A DNA stretch of 55,024 bases from Minisyncoccota bacterium (GCA_937975855.1 CALJTT010000010.1:1-55024); one strand, 5' to 3'. Shown: positions 35,545-45,171, counted from the first letter of the stretch. The notes: generated from the letters alone by a model not told the origin. Translations and numbers: made by a program.

Positions 35545-35981
35545 TATTGAATAGTAATACTTTCAGCCTTGTGTCCCCGCAGCGTCTCTCGAGCCATCGG
35601 AATCATGAAGTGTAGGTTTTGCATGCAATTGCTGGGCAAGTCATTTACTGGTATCCACTCGACTTCCTCGTAGTCGCCTTTTTGCGCGTCAGTTGCTGCT
35701 CCGGTATAAATAGCTGCGTAAAATTCTATCTGGGCCAGGTCTGGACTTCTTCCGCCATTATTGATGATCGTTGCAAAATGAGTCCACTTGTCAGTAGGGA
35801 TGTCGAGCAACGTTTCTTCTTTGCATTCTCGTGCCATACACTCCACGACAGTCTCGCCGTCTTCAACCTTGCCGCCCATTCCGTTTAGTTTGCCAGCCTG
35901 CCACTCAGGCTTTTGTTTATGTACGAGTAATACGCGTTGTAACTCGGCATCAAACACAAATCCAACGGTATAGATTTTCAT
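35541..35981 (-). CDS. NUDIX hydrolase (paralogue 1)
   Basis: 146 aa. NUDIX box GMGGKVEDGETVVECMARECKEETLLD. Confidence 0.8.
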   Translation of the reverse strand: MKIYTVGFVFDAELQRVLLVHKQKPEWQAGKLNGMGGKVEDGETVVECMARECKEETLLDIPTDKWTHFATIINNGGRSPDLAQIEFYAAIYTGAATDAQKGDYEEVEWIPVNDLPSNCMQNLHFMIPMARETLRGHKAESITIQY

Positions 35982-36005
35982 AATTTTAGTGTAGCAAACT
36001 TGTCA

Positions 36006-36437
36006 CTAGTAAGTAATTTCGATGCTAACTGAATCGTGTCCGAGGATTTGTTGGCGAGCCATGGGAACAAAAAATGGAATGTTGGCTATAACGTTTTGAG
36101 GAAGTTCATTGTAAGGGAACCATTCAATTTCTTCGTGGTGGTTTTTGCGGGCATCTTTCATTGCGCCTTTGTATGTTGTCGCATAAACATTTGTAATGTT
36201 GCCTTTTATATTCATTGTCGCGAATTGGAGCCATTTAGCAGATGGTATTTTGAGAGCAGTTTCTTCCTCACACTCACGCACCATACAGTCTAGCGGTGTT
36301 TCTCCGAGTTCGATTTTGCCGCCTACACCGTTAATTAGACCCTTTTGCCATTCAGGACTGCCTTTGTGTACTAACAAAACATGCTTTAAATCAGTATCAA
36401 AGATAAAACCAAGAGAGCAGGTGTTCATATTAATCAA
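36006..36437 (-). CDS. NUDIX hydrolase (paralogue 2)
   Basis: 143 aa. NUDIX box GVGGKIELGETPLDCMVRECEEETALK. Collinear similarity to the neighbouring paralogue. Confidence 0.8.
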   Translation of the reverse strand: MINMNTCSLGFIFDTDLKHVLLVHKGSPEWQKGLINGVGGKIELGETPLDCMVRECEEETALKIPSAKWLQFATMNIKGNITNVYATTYKGAMKDARKNHHEEIEWFPYNELPQNVIANIPFFVPMARQQILGHDSVSIEITY

Positions 36438-37350
36438 ACAGCTCTAGCAAATACTCGTTAATTTCTCGCTGGTCCATGGTGTAAAACGTGGTCTTGCTGC
36501 TGCGGTTTAGGTCTCGGGCTAGGTCACGGCCGACGAAGCGCCAGTGCCATGGTTCGTAAATATAGAAATCGTTGCCCTCGGGATAGGACAGGATAAAGCC
36601 GTACTTGTAGGCATTCTTCTCGAGCCATTCAAATCCTTCGGTATCGCCAAAGCTGGTGTAAGTACCGCCGACACTTGGCACTGTCAGGTCTACCGTTGTG
36701 CCCAGTTGATGCTCGCTGTAGCCCTGGTCGGCTGAAAAGGCGTTGGCCCCCGAACCGTACACCTGGGTAAACTGGCCTTTGAGGTCAGTTTGTTCGTCGA
36801 ATGAACGATAGGCTGATACTACCTTTAGGTCGTGGCCGTCACGCTTGGCGCGCTCGAGCATGTCTTCAAGAAACTTGAGGGCTTCACCGTGGAAGTACTG
36901 GTCTTCTTTTCCGTCTAAAACAAAATCGTCGTCAATCTGTCTAATTCGAGAAGGAATGAAGTTTTCGTTTAGAAAGTAGACCTTGGAATATTTGGCCAGG
37001 AGTTCTTCGTCGATGTCGTTTAGTTTTTGGAACTCGTCGAGAGTGCCAGCGAGGTCGCGGATCTGGTCTTCGAACTCTTCGTTCTTATCGCGCTCGTCGC
37101 GGTACTCGTCGGCGATACCTTCCAGTTCGTTGCGAACGTTGTCTAGGTCAGACCGCAGAGAAGCGATAGTGGTCGAGGCGGTTGCCAATTCAGCTTTGCT
37201 TTTTTGGTTTGCGCTGATGGCGGCTTTGGTGATTGATTCGATCTGCAGGTTTTGATCGTATGTACGCATACCAAGAAAACCGGTAGTGACAACTGTCACT
37301 CCAGCCAGTCCAGCCAAAACATATGCAGTGCCGCGGGGGATTTGAATCAT
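36430..37350 (-). CDS. Membrane-anchored D-alanyl-D-alanine carboxypeptidase (peptidase M15B/VanY-like) with a coiled-coil stalk
   Basis: SAYRSFDEQ, SEHQLGTTVD and EPWHWRF are the M15B zinc and active-site motifs. The start is set at the ATG at 37350 because a TGcTACAAT -10 box overlaps the upstream GTG. Confidence 0.8.
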   Translation of the reverse strand: MIQIPRGTAYVLAGLAGVTVVTTGFLGMRTYDQNLQIESITKAAISANQKSKAELATASTTIASLRSDLDNVRNELEGIADEYRDERDKNEEFEDQIRDLAGTLDEFQKLNDIDEELLAKYSKVYFLNENFIPSRIRQIDDDFVLDGKEDQYFHGEALKFLEDMLERAKRDGHDLKVVSAYRSFDEQTDLKGQFTQVYGSGANAFSADQGYSEHQLGTTVDLTVPSVGGTYTSFGDTEGFEWLEKNAYKYGFILSYPEGNDFYIYEPWHWRFVGRDLARDLNRSSKTTFYTMDQREINEYLLELFD

Positions 37351-37379
37351 GTAGTCGCATTGTAGCACGCAAATTAGTA

Positions 37380-37408
37380 TTGAAGATACTGTCTATTTGT
37401 GGTAGATT
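37380..37408 (+). promoter_or_regulatory. Promoter for rpsF-ssb-rpsR (TTGAAG-17-TAGATT with TGn)
   Basis: -35 at 37380-37385, with TGg followed by TAGATT at 37400-37408. Confidence 0.5.
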
Positions 37409-37442
37409 GCGCGGGCATTACCAGTTAATTTCTAAGACGAAT

Positions 37443-37961
37443 ATGTCAGAAGAAAAAATGCCAGCGGCTGAAGCTGCTCACTATGAGCTTGCTTTCCACG
37501 TACTTCCAACAGTCGCTGAAGGGGAAGTAGCTGATGTTGTGTCCAAGCTTCGATCGACGATCGAGGCAGCCGGCGGAACAATTACAGAAGAAGAAGCGCC
37601 AGCACGGTTTGACCTGGCTTACGATATTGTTAAATATCTTGAGGGTCGTAACCGTAAGTTTTCTAGCGCGTACTTTGGTTGGGTTCGATTTACCCTTGAA
37701 CCAAGCAAGGTGACAGAAGTTAACGAAGTTCTCGAAAATACTACTTCGTTGCTTCGACACCTGTTGATCCGTATGACCAAAGCGGAAGAAGCGCATGTAT
37801 TCATGTTCCATGAAGCGCTTGAAGACAACACTTCAGAAACTATCGACCTGGACGCAACAGCTCCAGCCGAAGTAGAAGAAAACCAAGCTGACGAAGCAAC
37901 ACAAGAGAAAGAAGATAAAAAAGAGGAGAATGGCGAAGAAGCAAAAACCGAGGTAAAATAA
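37443..37961 (+). CDS. rpsF: 30S ribosomal protein S6 with a long acidic C-terminal tail
   Basis: HYELAFHVLP ... is S6-like and sits in the conserved rpsF-ssb-rpsR order. The last ~50 aa are D/E/K-rich. Confidence 0.8.
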   Translation: MSEEKMPAAEAAHYELAFHVLPTVAEGEVADVVSKLRSTIEAAGGTITEEEAPARFDLAYDIVKYLEGRNRKFSSAYFGWVRFTLEPSKVTEVNEVLENTTSLLRHLLIRMTKAEEAHVFMFHEALEDNTSETIDLDATAPAEVEENQADEATQEKEDKKEENGEEAKTEVK

Positions 37962-37992
37962 TAAGCACATTATTTACTAAAGACTTCTTCTT

Positions 37993-38457
37993 ATGTACCT
38001 CAACAAAGCAATGGTGTTTGGCAACTTGACCCGAGACCCAGAACTAAAGGTTTTACCCAACGGCACTAACGTCTGTGCTATGGGATTGGCTACCAACCGC
38101 GTCTACAACGACAAGGACGGCAACCGCCAAGAAATGACCGAGTTCCACAACGTGACCGTGTTCGGTCGCCAGGCTGAGAACTGTTCTAAATACCTAAGTA
38201 AGGGCGCCAGCGCTTACATCGAAGGTCGACTACAGACTCGTAGTTGGGAGAAGGACGGAGTTAAACAATACCGTACCGAAATCATCGCTGATACAGTGCA
38301 GTTCGGTCCAAAGGCCGGCAGCACTGCTGGAAGCACAGGTTCAGCTGCAGCCGGTGGAAGTACCGTTGCAGCTGGAGCCGGCAGTCCAGCAGAGAAGGCG
38401 CCAGCTATGCCGGACTATCCAGAAGAGGAAATCAACCCAGAAGACATCCCATTTTAG
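37993..38457 (+). CDS. ssb: Single-stranded DNA-binding protein
   Basis: 154 aa. OB fold (NKAMVFGNLTRDPELKVLPNGTNV ... FHNVTVFGRQAE), a Gly/Ala-rich linker, and an acidic tip ending DIPF. Confidence 0.92.
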   Translation: MYLNKAMVFGNLTRDPELKVLPNGTNVCAMGLATNRVYNDKDGNRQEMTEFHNVTVFGRQAENCSKYLSKGASAYIEGRLQTRSWEKDGVKQYRTEIIADTVQFGPKAGSTAGSTGSAAAGGSTVAAGAGSPAEKAPAMPDYPEEEINPEDIPF

Positions 38458-38612
38458 CGCCCGATGCAATAAATCTGCTTCGTTGTCGTTCAAAAAATAT
38501 CAGTCATCGTACCAACGTACGACTCCCGATATTTTATTCCGACGCCTCGCATCTTTATCACCTCAAGCACTAAAATATGAATACGATATTTATTAGAAAC
38601 TTCATTTAAAAT

Positions 38613-38813
38613 ATGGAAACAGAAAAAAAACAAAGTGCACCACCGCACCACATCGACTACAAGGACATCACACGTTTGAACAACTACGTGAACCCTCACG
38701 CTCGAATGTTCAATCGCCGACGTAGTGGTTTGACTGCCAAAGGGCAGCGAAACTTCGCCAGCGCGATCAAGCGAGCACGATTTATGGCATTGATGCCGTA
38801 CATCCAGCGATAG
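38613..38813 (+). CDS. rpsR: 30S ribosomal protein S18
   Basis: 66 aa. IDYKDITRLNNYVNPHARMFNRRRSGLTAKGQRNFASAIKRARFMALMPY. Confidence 0.9.
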   Translation: METEKKQSAPPHHIDYKDITRLNNYVNPHARMFNRRRSGLTAKGQRNFASAIKRARFMALMPYIQR

Positions 38814-38823
38814 GCTGAATCAA

Positions 38824-38862
38824 CAAAAGAACGGCGACCCATCGGGTCGCCGTTCTTTTGTT
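38824..38862. terminator. Bidirectional terminator between rpsR and efp
   Basis: AAAAGAACGGCGACCC-atc-GGGTCGCCGTTCTTTT, a perfect 12-bp stem with an A-run and a T-run. Confidence 0.75.
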
Positions 38863-38871
38863 GTCTGATCC

Positions 38872-39447
38872 CTACGCCTTCTCAATTCTTTCCGTGTATT
38901 GTCCGCTGTCGGTGTTTATCGCGATAACATCCCCGATGTTTATAAACTGTGGTGCGTGGACTGAGTATCCTGTTTCGACAATCACTTCTTTGGTCGCTCC
39001 GCTACTAGTGTTGCCTTTGACCGCTTCGGCAGCTTCTTTTACTTTGAGCTCGACCTTGACCGGGGTAATGATCGACATGATTTCTTCATCAAAAAGCAGA
39101 GCCTGCACCTCGCTATTTTCGGGCACGAACTTTGCCATGTCTCCGATCACAGTCGCGTCTAGACTGAATCGGTCTTTGGGGTTGTCTGGGGTACAGAACC
39201 AACTCTCGCCACGGTTGGTGTATAGATATTTGACCTGTTTCTTTTCCAGATCAGCCTCCTGCAACACGTCAGACTGGTGAAAGGTGCGTTCGATTACGTT
39301 GCCACTGCGCAGGTTTTTCATACGCACGTTGTTGCTGGCTTTCTGCCGGTCTTTTTTAGAGATGCTGTTTGATAGCACCAAATAAGGATCGCCATCCATA
39401 GTGACGGTCTTTTTTACTGTGATTTCGTTATATTGAACTTTAGCCAT
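38872..39447 (-). CDS. efp: Elongation factor P
   Basis: Collinear with E. coli EF-P (MDGDPYLVL ..., three beta-barrel domains, C-terminal IGDVIAINTDSGQYTERI). The start is set at the ATG at 39447 (MAKVQY), 7 nt downstream of a TGgTAATAT box. Confidence 0.88.
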   Translation of the reverse strand: MAKVQYNEITVKKTVTMDGDPYLVLSNSISKKDRQKASNNVRMKNLRSGNVIERTFHQSDVLQEADLEKKQVKYLYTNRGESWFCTPDNPKDRFSLDATVIGDMAKFVPENSEVQALLFDEEIMSIITPVKVELKVKEAAEAVKGNTSSGATKEVIVETGYSVHAPQFINIGDVIAINTDSGQYTERIEKA

Positions 39448-39519
39448 GCGCGGTATATTACCAAACACATAGTCACCAGTGCAACTTCCTGCACATAAAA
39501 TCGGTGATAGTATGCGAGT

Positions 39520-40110
39520 ATGCTCGGCACCACAACCACAGAATCAGCTGGGGACCTCTCAGACGAAGAGGTGCTAGTTCGCAGTCAAGCTCAGCCCTGG
39601 CTGTTTCGCATTCTGGTTGATCGCTATGAGGCGGCCTTTATGCGTAAGGCTAGGTCGATAATTTTTAACCCACTGGACGCGGAAGAGGTTGTGCAAGACA
39701 CATTTGCCAAGATTTATATCAACGCAGACAAATTTGCTCCACAAGAAGGAGCTAAGTTTTCTTCTTGGGCGTATCGCATTCTCATGAACACAGCCTTTAC
39801 TCGTTATCAAAAGTTAGTAAAAGAAGGACAGCGATTCCAGAACATAGACCCCGAGTTCGAACAGTTTATTGGCGAGAAGAAAGGACACAGCGCTTTTGAA
39901 GAACGCCGTGATGGAATTGATCGGGTGCTAGAGAGGCTCCCAGGGAACTTCGCCGTAGTGTTGCGGCTTCATTACTTAGAAAGGTGGTCGCACGCTGCGA
40001 TCGCGGACGATACTGGTGAGAACGTCGGCACTATAAAAGCGCGTATCCACCGGGCTAAAGAGGCGTTTAGGAAAGAAGCAAAAGGGAAAGAGGCAGACCT
40101 GCTTTTATAA
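39520..40110 (+). CDS. Sigma-70 family (ECF-like) RNA polymerase sigma factor
   Basis: 196 aa. Region 2 (AEEVVQDTFAKIY ... SWAYRILMN) and region 4 HTH (SHAAIADDTGENVGTIKARIHRAKEAFRK). Confidence 0.8.
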   Translation: MLGTTTTESAGDLSDEEVLVRSQAQPWLFRILVDRYEAAFMRKARSIIFNPLDAEEVVQDTFAKIYINADKFAPQEGAKFSSWAYRILMNTAFTRYQKLVKEGQRFQNIDPEFEQFIGEKKGHSAFEERRDGIDRVLERLPGNFAVVLRLHYLERWSHAAIADDTGENVGTIKARIHRAKEAFRKEAKGKEADLLL

Positions 40111-40143
40111 AACCTTTCAACACTTACTTTAGTTATCTAGAAT

Positions 40144-40473
40144 ATGAAAACCATATCAAACAAAATCATGCGCCGCGTTTACTATAGCTACGCACTTTCT
40201 TACACACAACAGCCGATGTTGTTTGTCGGGCTGATTTTGGGTGGGGCAGTTGCGTTGTTCGGCCGTTGGACACACGTGGCCAGTATCACAGATAATCTAT
40301 TAGGTACGCCACTAGGTAATATCCCAAATTTTGCCGCAGCATCTTTTATGTCAGCAATCGAGCGTGGGGAACTAGGAACAGTTTTGGTGGTGTTGACGAT
40401 TGCTAGTTTGACTGCGATTGCGGTGTGGAAGTTACGTAGAGTACAACTGGCGTCAGTTTGGCAAGCAGTCTAA
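40144..40473 (+). CDS. Small membrane protein downstream of the sigma factor (possible anti-sigma partner)
   Basis: 109 aa with two hydrophobic helices. The proposed role rests on position only. Confidence 0.45.
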   Translation: MKTISNKIMRRVYYSYALSYTQQPMLFVGLILGGAVALFGRWTHVASITDNLLGTPLGNIPNFAAASFMSAIERGELGTVLVVLTIASLTAIAVWKLRRVQLASVWQAV

Positions 40474-40584
40474 ACAAACAATTCTAGCCAAAACATAACC
40501 TCTAGACGTGAAGTAAGAATAGACAAAAATATGAGGTTGATATATGTTGCTAGATAGAAGTTTGGTCATGGAAGGACAAAGACT

Positions 40585-41157
40585 ATGAGTGCATTTGCAC
40601 ACACTACAGCGGTACAGTTTCTGTTGGAGCGGGTTACGAGACTCGCTGAAGAGGGTATTCTCGGAGAAGTTATAACTTCAGAGGGTAGTCCGCACCACGG
40701 TGCGCCTATGGATGTGTCGTATCACACGAACTACCGTCTGCAGGTTGCAGGTAGTGGCGCAGATGATCCACGGCGAATGCAAGATTTCCGACGTTCAATC
40801 TTGCTGATTGAGGACTGTGGCATACGTGACGATCTTTGCACTGCCTTAGTTAAGGCATCTGCGGTTACGTTGTTTATCAGTCCAGATACGCAACAAAACG
40901 AATGGTGGAGTAGACCAATTCCTTTTACCTTACAGGTAGAGGGTGAGGCAGAGATGACGCTTGCCCTTGTTGATTATGTCGAGGGGCTGCGCCTGAATTT
41001 ATTTGCTGGTGACAATCAAAGCGGTCTTTTTCCTAAAGATTGTCTTGAGACAAAAATCTTTCGAGCCTTAAGTTCTAGAGAGCATCATCAGGCTGGCCTG
41101 ACAAAGGCAGACGCGACTTTGCAGGAGCTGGAAGAGGTATGGAAGCCGAATGAGTGA
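40585..41157 (+). CDS. Hypothetical protein
   Basis: 190-aa ORF with a GGAAGGA Shine-Dalgarno. No recognised motif. Confidence 0.5.
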   Translation: MSAFAHTTAVQFLLERVTRLAEEGILGEVITSEGSPHHGAPMDVSYHTNYRLQVAGSGADDPRRMQDFRRSILLIEDCGIRDDLCTALVKASAVTLFISPDTQQNEWWSRPIPFTLQVEGEAEMTLALVDYVEGLRLNLFAGDNQSGLFPKDCLETKIFRALSSREHHQAGLTKADATLQELEEVWKPNE

Positions 41158-41464
41158 ACTTTGTAAGGAGAGGGGTATGAAGGGAGTTCTTGTCTTTGTT
41201 GCTCTTATGATGACATCGACTGCGCTTGCTGGTGTCGAAGCATCTAGGGAGATTGATTCACGGGGCGATGTCTACCACAACCTGGTCGTAGAATTTGTTC
41301 GTCTGCCAGAGACTGATGCTGCCGCTGTAAAGATCATGAATATCCTTAAAAAATGCCCCGCTTCTTACGTCGTGGTTAAAAGGGAGGACGGTTCAGTTAA
41401 GGTGATCTTTTTCTCTGCAGACGGTCAGAGATGTCTTAGTCAGAAAGAAACAGAGATTGAGTGA
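41150..41464 (+). CDS. Hypothetical secreted protein
   Basis: 104 aa. Overlaps the previous ORF by 8 nt. Signal-peptide-like VLVFVALMMTSTALA. Confidence 0.5.
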   Translation: MSELCKERGMKGVLVFVALMMTSTALAGVEASREIDSRGDVYHNLVVEFVRLPETDAAAVKIMNILKKCPASYVVVKREDGSVKVIFFSADGQRCLSQKETEIE

Positions 41465-41487
41465 CTGATTAGTCATTGCGGTAAAAA

Positions 41488-41513
41488 CAAAAGGGCCCCT
41501 AGGGGCCCTTTAA
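41488..41513. terminator. Bidirectional terminator between the 41150-41464 ORF and recA
   Basis: AAAGGGCCCCTAGGGGCCCTTT palindrome. Confidence 0.65.
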
Positions 41514-41520
41514 GTTTGAT

Positions 41521-42609
41521 TTACCCAGCTGCTTCTTCCTTCAACGCTTTTCTAATATTCTTTAGTATCTCAGCTTTGAGCTTCTTGTCTGCCTTTAGGG
41601 TCTTGCGGGCGGCGTCGTATCCACGACCTAGTTTAACAACGGCTGATTCGTCGGCCCCGGGTGGGGTATAGCTGTAGCTGGCGCCAGCCTTGGCAACCAT
41701 TTTGTATTTCTCCCCGAGGGCAAGAATCTCGCCCTCTCGACTGATACCCTCACCGTAGATCAGGTCGAATTCGGTAGTGCGGAATGGGGCAGCAACCTTG
41801 TTCTTGACTACCTTGACGCGGTGACGGCCACCAACGACCTCGTCGCCTTTTTTAATCTGGGCGATACGACGAATGTCTAGTCGGACTGAGGTGTAGAACT
41901 TGAGAGCCTTTCCACCGGGGGTAGTTTCTGGGTTACCAAACATCACACCAACCTGCATGCGGATCTGGTTGATAAAGATAACGACCGTTTTACTCTTGGC
42001 GACGATTCCAGTTAGTTTACGCAGTGCCTGGCTCATCAGTCGAGCTTGTTTACCAACGTGGTGAGCACCCATTTCTCCTTCGATCTCGTCACGAGGGGTA
42101 AGGGCAGCGACCGAGTCAACCACAATTACGTCCAACTTGCCGCTGCGGACAAGACTCTCGACGATTTCGAGAGCTTGTTCACCGTTGTCAGGCTGTGAGA
42201 TCAATAATTCGTCTAATTTGACTCCCAAGTTACCAGCGTAGATGGGGTCCATAGCGTGTTCAGCATCGATAAAGGCGCAGATGCCACCTTCTTTCTGGGC
42301 TTCTGCTACAGCATGTAGTGAAAGGGTAGATTTACCAGAAGACTCAGGACCAAAAATTTCAACGATACGCCCACGAGGGAAGCCGCCAATACCCAAAGCG
42401 TCATCCAGTCCAATCGAACCAGTTGAAACCGAGGCGATGTCTACCTTCTTGGTTTCGTCTAGCGTCATGATTGCGTCGTCACCAAATTTTGTTTTGATGC
42501 TGCGCAACGTCTCTAGAATCTCACTACTATCTTTCTCGTTACCTTTCTTGTTTTCAGTAACGTCAGTTGGGACTGTCTTCTTTGGTTTTATTTCTTTTTT
42601 TGCTGGCAT
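41521..42609 (-). CDS. recA: Recombinase RecA
   Basis: 362 aa. [17 protein letters not shown] (Walker A), [10 protein letters not shown]1/L2 loop motifs, and a Lys-rich N-terminal extension. Confidence 0.97.
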   Translation of the reverse strand: MPAKKEIKPKKTVPTDVTENKKGNEKDSSEILETLRSIKTKFGDDAIMTLDETKKVDIASVSTGSIGLDDALGIGGFPRGRIVEIFGPESSGKSTLSLHAVAEAQKEGGICAFIDAEHAMDPIYAGNLGVKLDELLISQPDNGEQALEIVESLVRSGKLDVIVVDSVAALTPRDEIEGEMGAHHVGKQARLMSQALRKLTGIVAKSKTVVIFINQIRMQVGVMFGNPETTPGGKALKFYTSVRLDIRRIAQIKKGDEVVGGRHRVKVVKNKVAAPFRTTEFDLIYGEGISREGEILALGEKYKMVAKAGASYSYTPPGADESAVVKLGRGYDAARKTLKADKKLKAEILKNIRKALKEEAAG

Positions 42610-42612
42610 GAT

Positions 42613-42990
42613 TTATTGATTATATGTGAAGCTCATTGGGGTGTAGACAAACTCTTGGGTGAGAGAAGTGCGACGTCCATATCGATCCTCAGCTTCTAAG
42701 GTAGTTACAGTATACCCGTTTTCTAGCACCACGTCAGTGGCAAAGTTACCTTTTGGGTCAGTGTAAATAGACCGACCGTTCAGCCAGAGGTGTGAAATAT
42801 TGGTTGCGCTGCCACTGAGTGTGACTATGCGTTCGTTTTGGCGCATGGACGGATCTTCGTTTAGGGTGATTCCTGGTCCAGTAATGAGGAAGCGAGCTTG
42901 AAAAGCAATGTATAGGAGAACCAGCAGCACGCCGGTGAGCACAAATCCACCCTGGACGACAGACCTGAAGGTGAGGAAGTCGTGTTTCAT
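42613..42990 (-). CDS. Small membrane-anchored hypothetical protein
   Basis: 125 aa. One TM helix (GGFVLTGVLLVLLYIAF) and a beta-rich ectodomain. It has 3-nt spacers to both ftsK and recA, so it belongs to the same operon. Confidence 0.6.
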   Translation of the reverse strand: MKHDFLTFRSVVQGGFVLTGVLLVLLYIAFQARFLITGPGITLNEDPSMRQNERIVTLSGSATNISHLWLNGRSIYTDPKGNFATDVVLENGYTVTTLEAEDRYGRRTSLTQEFVYTPMSFTYNQ

Positions 42991-42993
42991 AGA

Positions 42994-45171
42994 TTAGTCT
43001 TCCTCTTCTGATTCGTCGTCACCGCCTTGACTGAGGATCTCTCGCGGTCGCGATCCATCTTGTGGTCCGATTACACCGTTCTCTTCCAGCAGGTCGATGA
43101 GTCGGGCTGCTCGAGAATATCCGACTCGTAACTTGCGCTGTATGTAAGAGGTTGATGCTTTACCGGCCTCGATTACTGCAATACGCGCGTCGTCGTACAG
43201 CTCGTCATCAGCATCGTCGTTGCCGACCAGAGAAGAGAACATAGCGTCTGCATTGCCTTCGGACTGCTCGTCGAGGTCAAGCTGGTCCATCAGTCCGGCG
43301 TCTTGCTTCTTTAGGTAGTCAACGACTTTCTTGATCTCTTCTTCGGAAACAAAGGCTGACTGTAGACGAACCGGCTTTGGGCTGTCAGAACTAAGGTAAA
43401 GCATGTCACCAGCACCAAGCAGCTTCTCGGCTCCTACAGTGTCGATGATGGTTCGTGAGTCGATCTGTGATGCCACAGCAAAGGCGACTCGAGTTGGCAC
43501 GTTGGCCTTGATAGTCCCTGTGATGACGTTTACAGACGGACGTTGGGTAGCGAGGATAAGGTGAATACCAACTGCCCGAGACATTTGTGCCAAACGAACG
43601 ATCATTCCTTCTAGTTCGCGAGGGTAGGCCTGCATCAGGTCGTTAAGCTCGTCCAACACGATGACAATATAAGGCAGAGCTTCGGGCAGGTTTGCTTTCT
43701 CTTCCTCTGGTGATTCGTTGTCCTCCCACTCTTTGCGGGCTGGTTTGTAGATGTTGGTGTGGTAACTGGCGATGTTTTGGACTGACTCAGCCTGCAGGAT
43801 GTCGTAGCGTCGTTCCATTTCTTTTACTGCCCATGATAATGACCGGATGGCCTTTTTAGCGTCAGTGATGACTGGTGTCAAAAGGTGAGGGATTTTGTTG
43901 TAGAGAGTAAGCTCTACTCGCTTTGGGTCGATCAGAATGAAGCGCAGCTGGTCAGGCGAGTTACGCATCAGAAGTGAAATGATGAGGTTTTGGATCATAA
44001 CCGATTTACCAGAACCAGTAGTACCAGCGATCAGTCCGTGTGGCATGCGAGCGATGTTTGTAAAGTGCACCTTGCCAGTCACGTCTTTTCCAAGCGCCGC
44101 AATCAACGGATGAGGAGAGTCAGCGTATTCAGGAGTAGAGAGTAAAGGAGCGAGTCCGACCGTGGCGCGAGTTTCGTTTGGTACTTCGATACCGACCAGT
44201 GACTTGCCAGGAATAGGAGCTTCGATTCGAATCGAGTCAGCCTTTAGGGCAAGCTGTAGTTCTTGCTGTAGTCCGGCAATTTTGGCTATACGAACTCCTT
44301 GTGCTGGCTTCAGTGCGTAGCGGGTGATTGTGGGCCCACTTTCAACTGCATCCATTTCGACACTGATACCAAAGTCCTTGAGAGTTCGTTTGATTGTGTT
44401 TGCGTTTGCTTTCACATCACCGATTTGTGCCTTGCCTTTTTCTTTGTTCAAGAGCGTCAGTGGTGGAGGTAGATAGGTGCCTTCAAAGTGCTTTACAACA
44501 ATATCGCCTGGTTTAGCCTTCGCAACGTCAGCGACCTTTTTGGTTACGCTAGCAACCAGACCTTTACTCGAAGGCTCATCCGAGTCTTCGTCGAGAGTCA
44601 GGTCATTAGCCTCTTCGGGAATGTTTAAGTTCTCAATGTCGTTGTCGTTCTCCAAAGATTCTTTTTCGCGCCGGCGTGGCATTCTGAGACCGGTGTTGAA
44701 CAGGAGGAAGAGGGAAATCAGAACTAGGGCTCCGACTATTACTGCTGTCAGACTAGTTCCAAGCGCAGCCGCTAGAGGCCAGGCAACAGCCAGCCCGACC
44801 CATCCACCGATCTGGCCCTCGGCATCGTATAGATGGAACGCTCCCAAAAGAGAAAGAAACAGAAGGATGACGCCGATCACTTTCGCAGTACTGACTTCTT
44901 GGTCAGACTCTTTAGGGTTCAGTAAAACAAATATGTAGAGCGTACATATAATAGGTGCCAGCCATGCCCCGGTCCCAAGTAGTGTCTCGAGGAACAAGGC
45001 TACGTATTTGCCCACGGGGCCAGCTACCCCAAGCAACGAGAACAAAAAAAATACCGCAAACACGGCAAAGACTACCGCCCATATACCTTGGCGTGTGTGT
45101 GGATGCACATCTTCGAAACGATTCTTTCGCGCTTCTTTGTTATTCTTTGGCTTTTGTTTTTTCTTGGCCAT
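42994..45171 (-). CDS. ftsK: DNA translocase FtsK
   Basis: 725 aa. Four N-terminal TM helices, a linker, a motor domain (GTTGSGKSV Walker A, IVIVLDELNDL Walker B) and a gamma wHTH domain (ASTSYIQRKLRVGYSRAARLIDLLE). Confidence 0.93.
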   Translation of the reverse strand: MAKKKQKPKNNKEARKNRFEDVHPHTRQGIWAVVFAVFAVFFLFSLLGVAGPVGKYVALFLETLLGTGAWLAPIICTLYIFVLLNPKESDQEVSTAKVIGVILLFLSLLGAFHLYDAEGQIGGWVGLAVAWPLAAALGTSLTAVIVGALVLISLFLLFNTGLRMPRRREKESLENDNDIENLNIPEEANDLTLDEDSDEPSSKGLVASVTKKVADVAKAKPGDIVVKHFEGTYLPPPLTLLNKEKGKAQIGDVKANANTIKRTLKDFGISVEMDAVESGPTITRYALKPAQGVRIAKIAGLQQELQLALKADSIRIEAPIPGKSLVGIEVPNETRATVGLAPLLSTPEYADSPHPLIAALGKDVTGKVHFTNIARMPHGLIAGTTGSGKSVMIQNLIISLLMRNSPDQLRFILIDPKRVELTLYNKIPHLLTPVITDAKKAIRSLSWAVKEMERRYDILQAESVQNIASYHTNIYKPARKEWEDNESPEEEKANLPEALPYIVIVLDELNDLMQAYPRELEGMIVRLAQMSRAVGIHLILATQRPSVNVITGTIKANVPTRVAFAVASQIDSRTIIDTVGAEKLLGAGDMLYLSSDSPKPVRLQSAFVSEEEIKKVVDYLKKQDAGLMDQLDLDEQSEGNADAMFSSLVGNDDADDELYDDARIAVIEAGKASTSYIQRKLRVGYSRAARLIDLLEENGVIGPQDGSRPREILSQGGDDESEEED

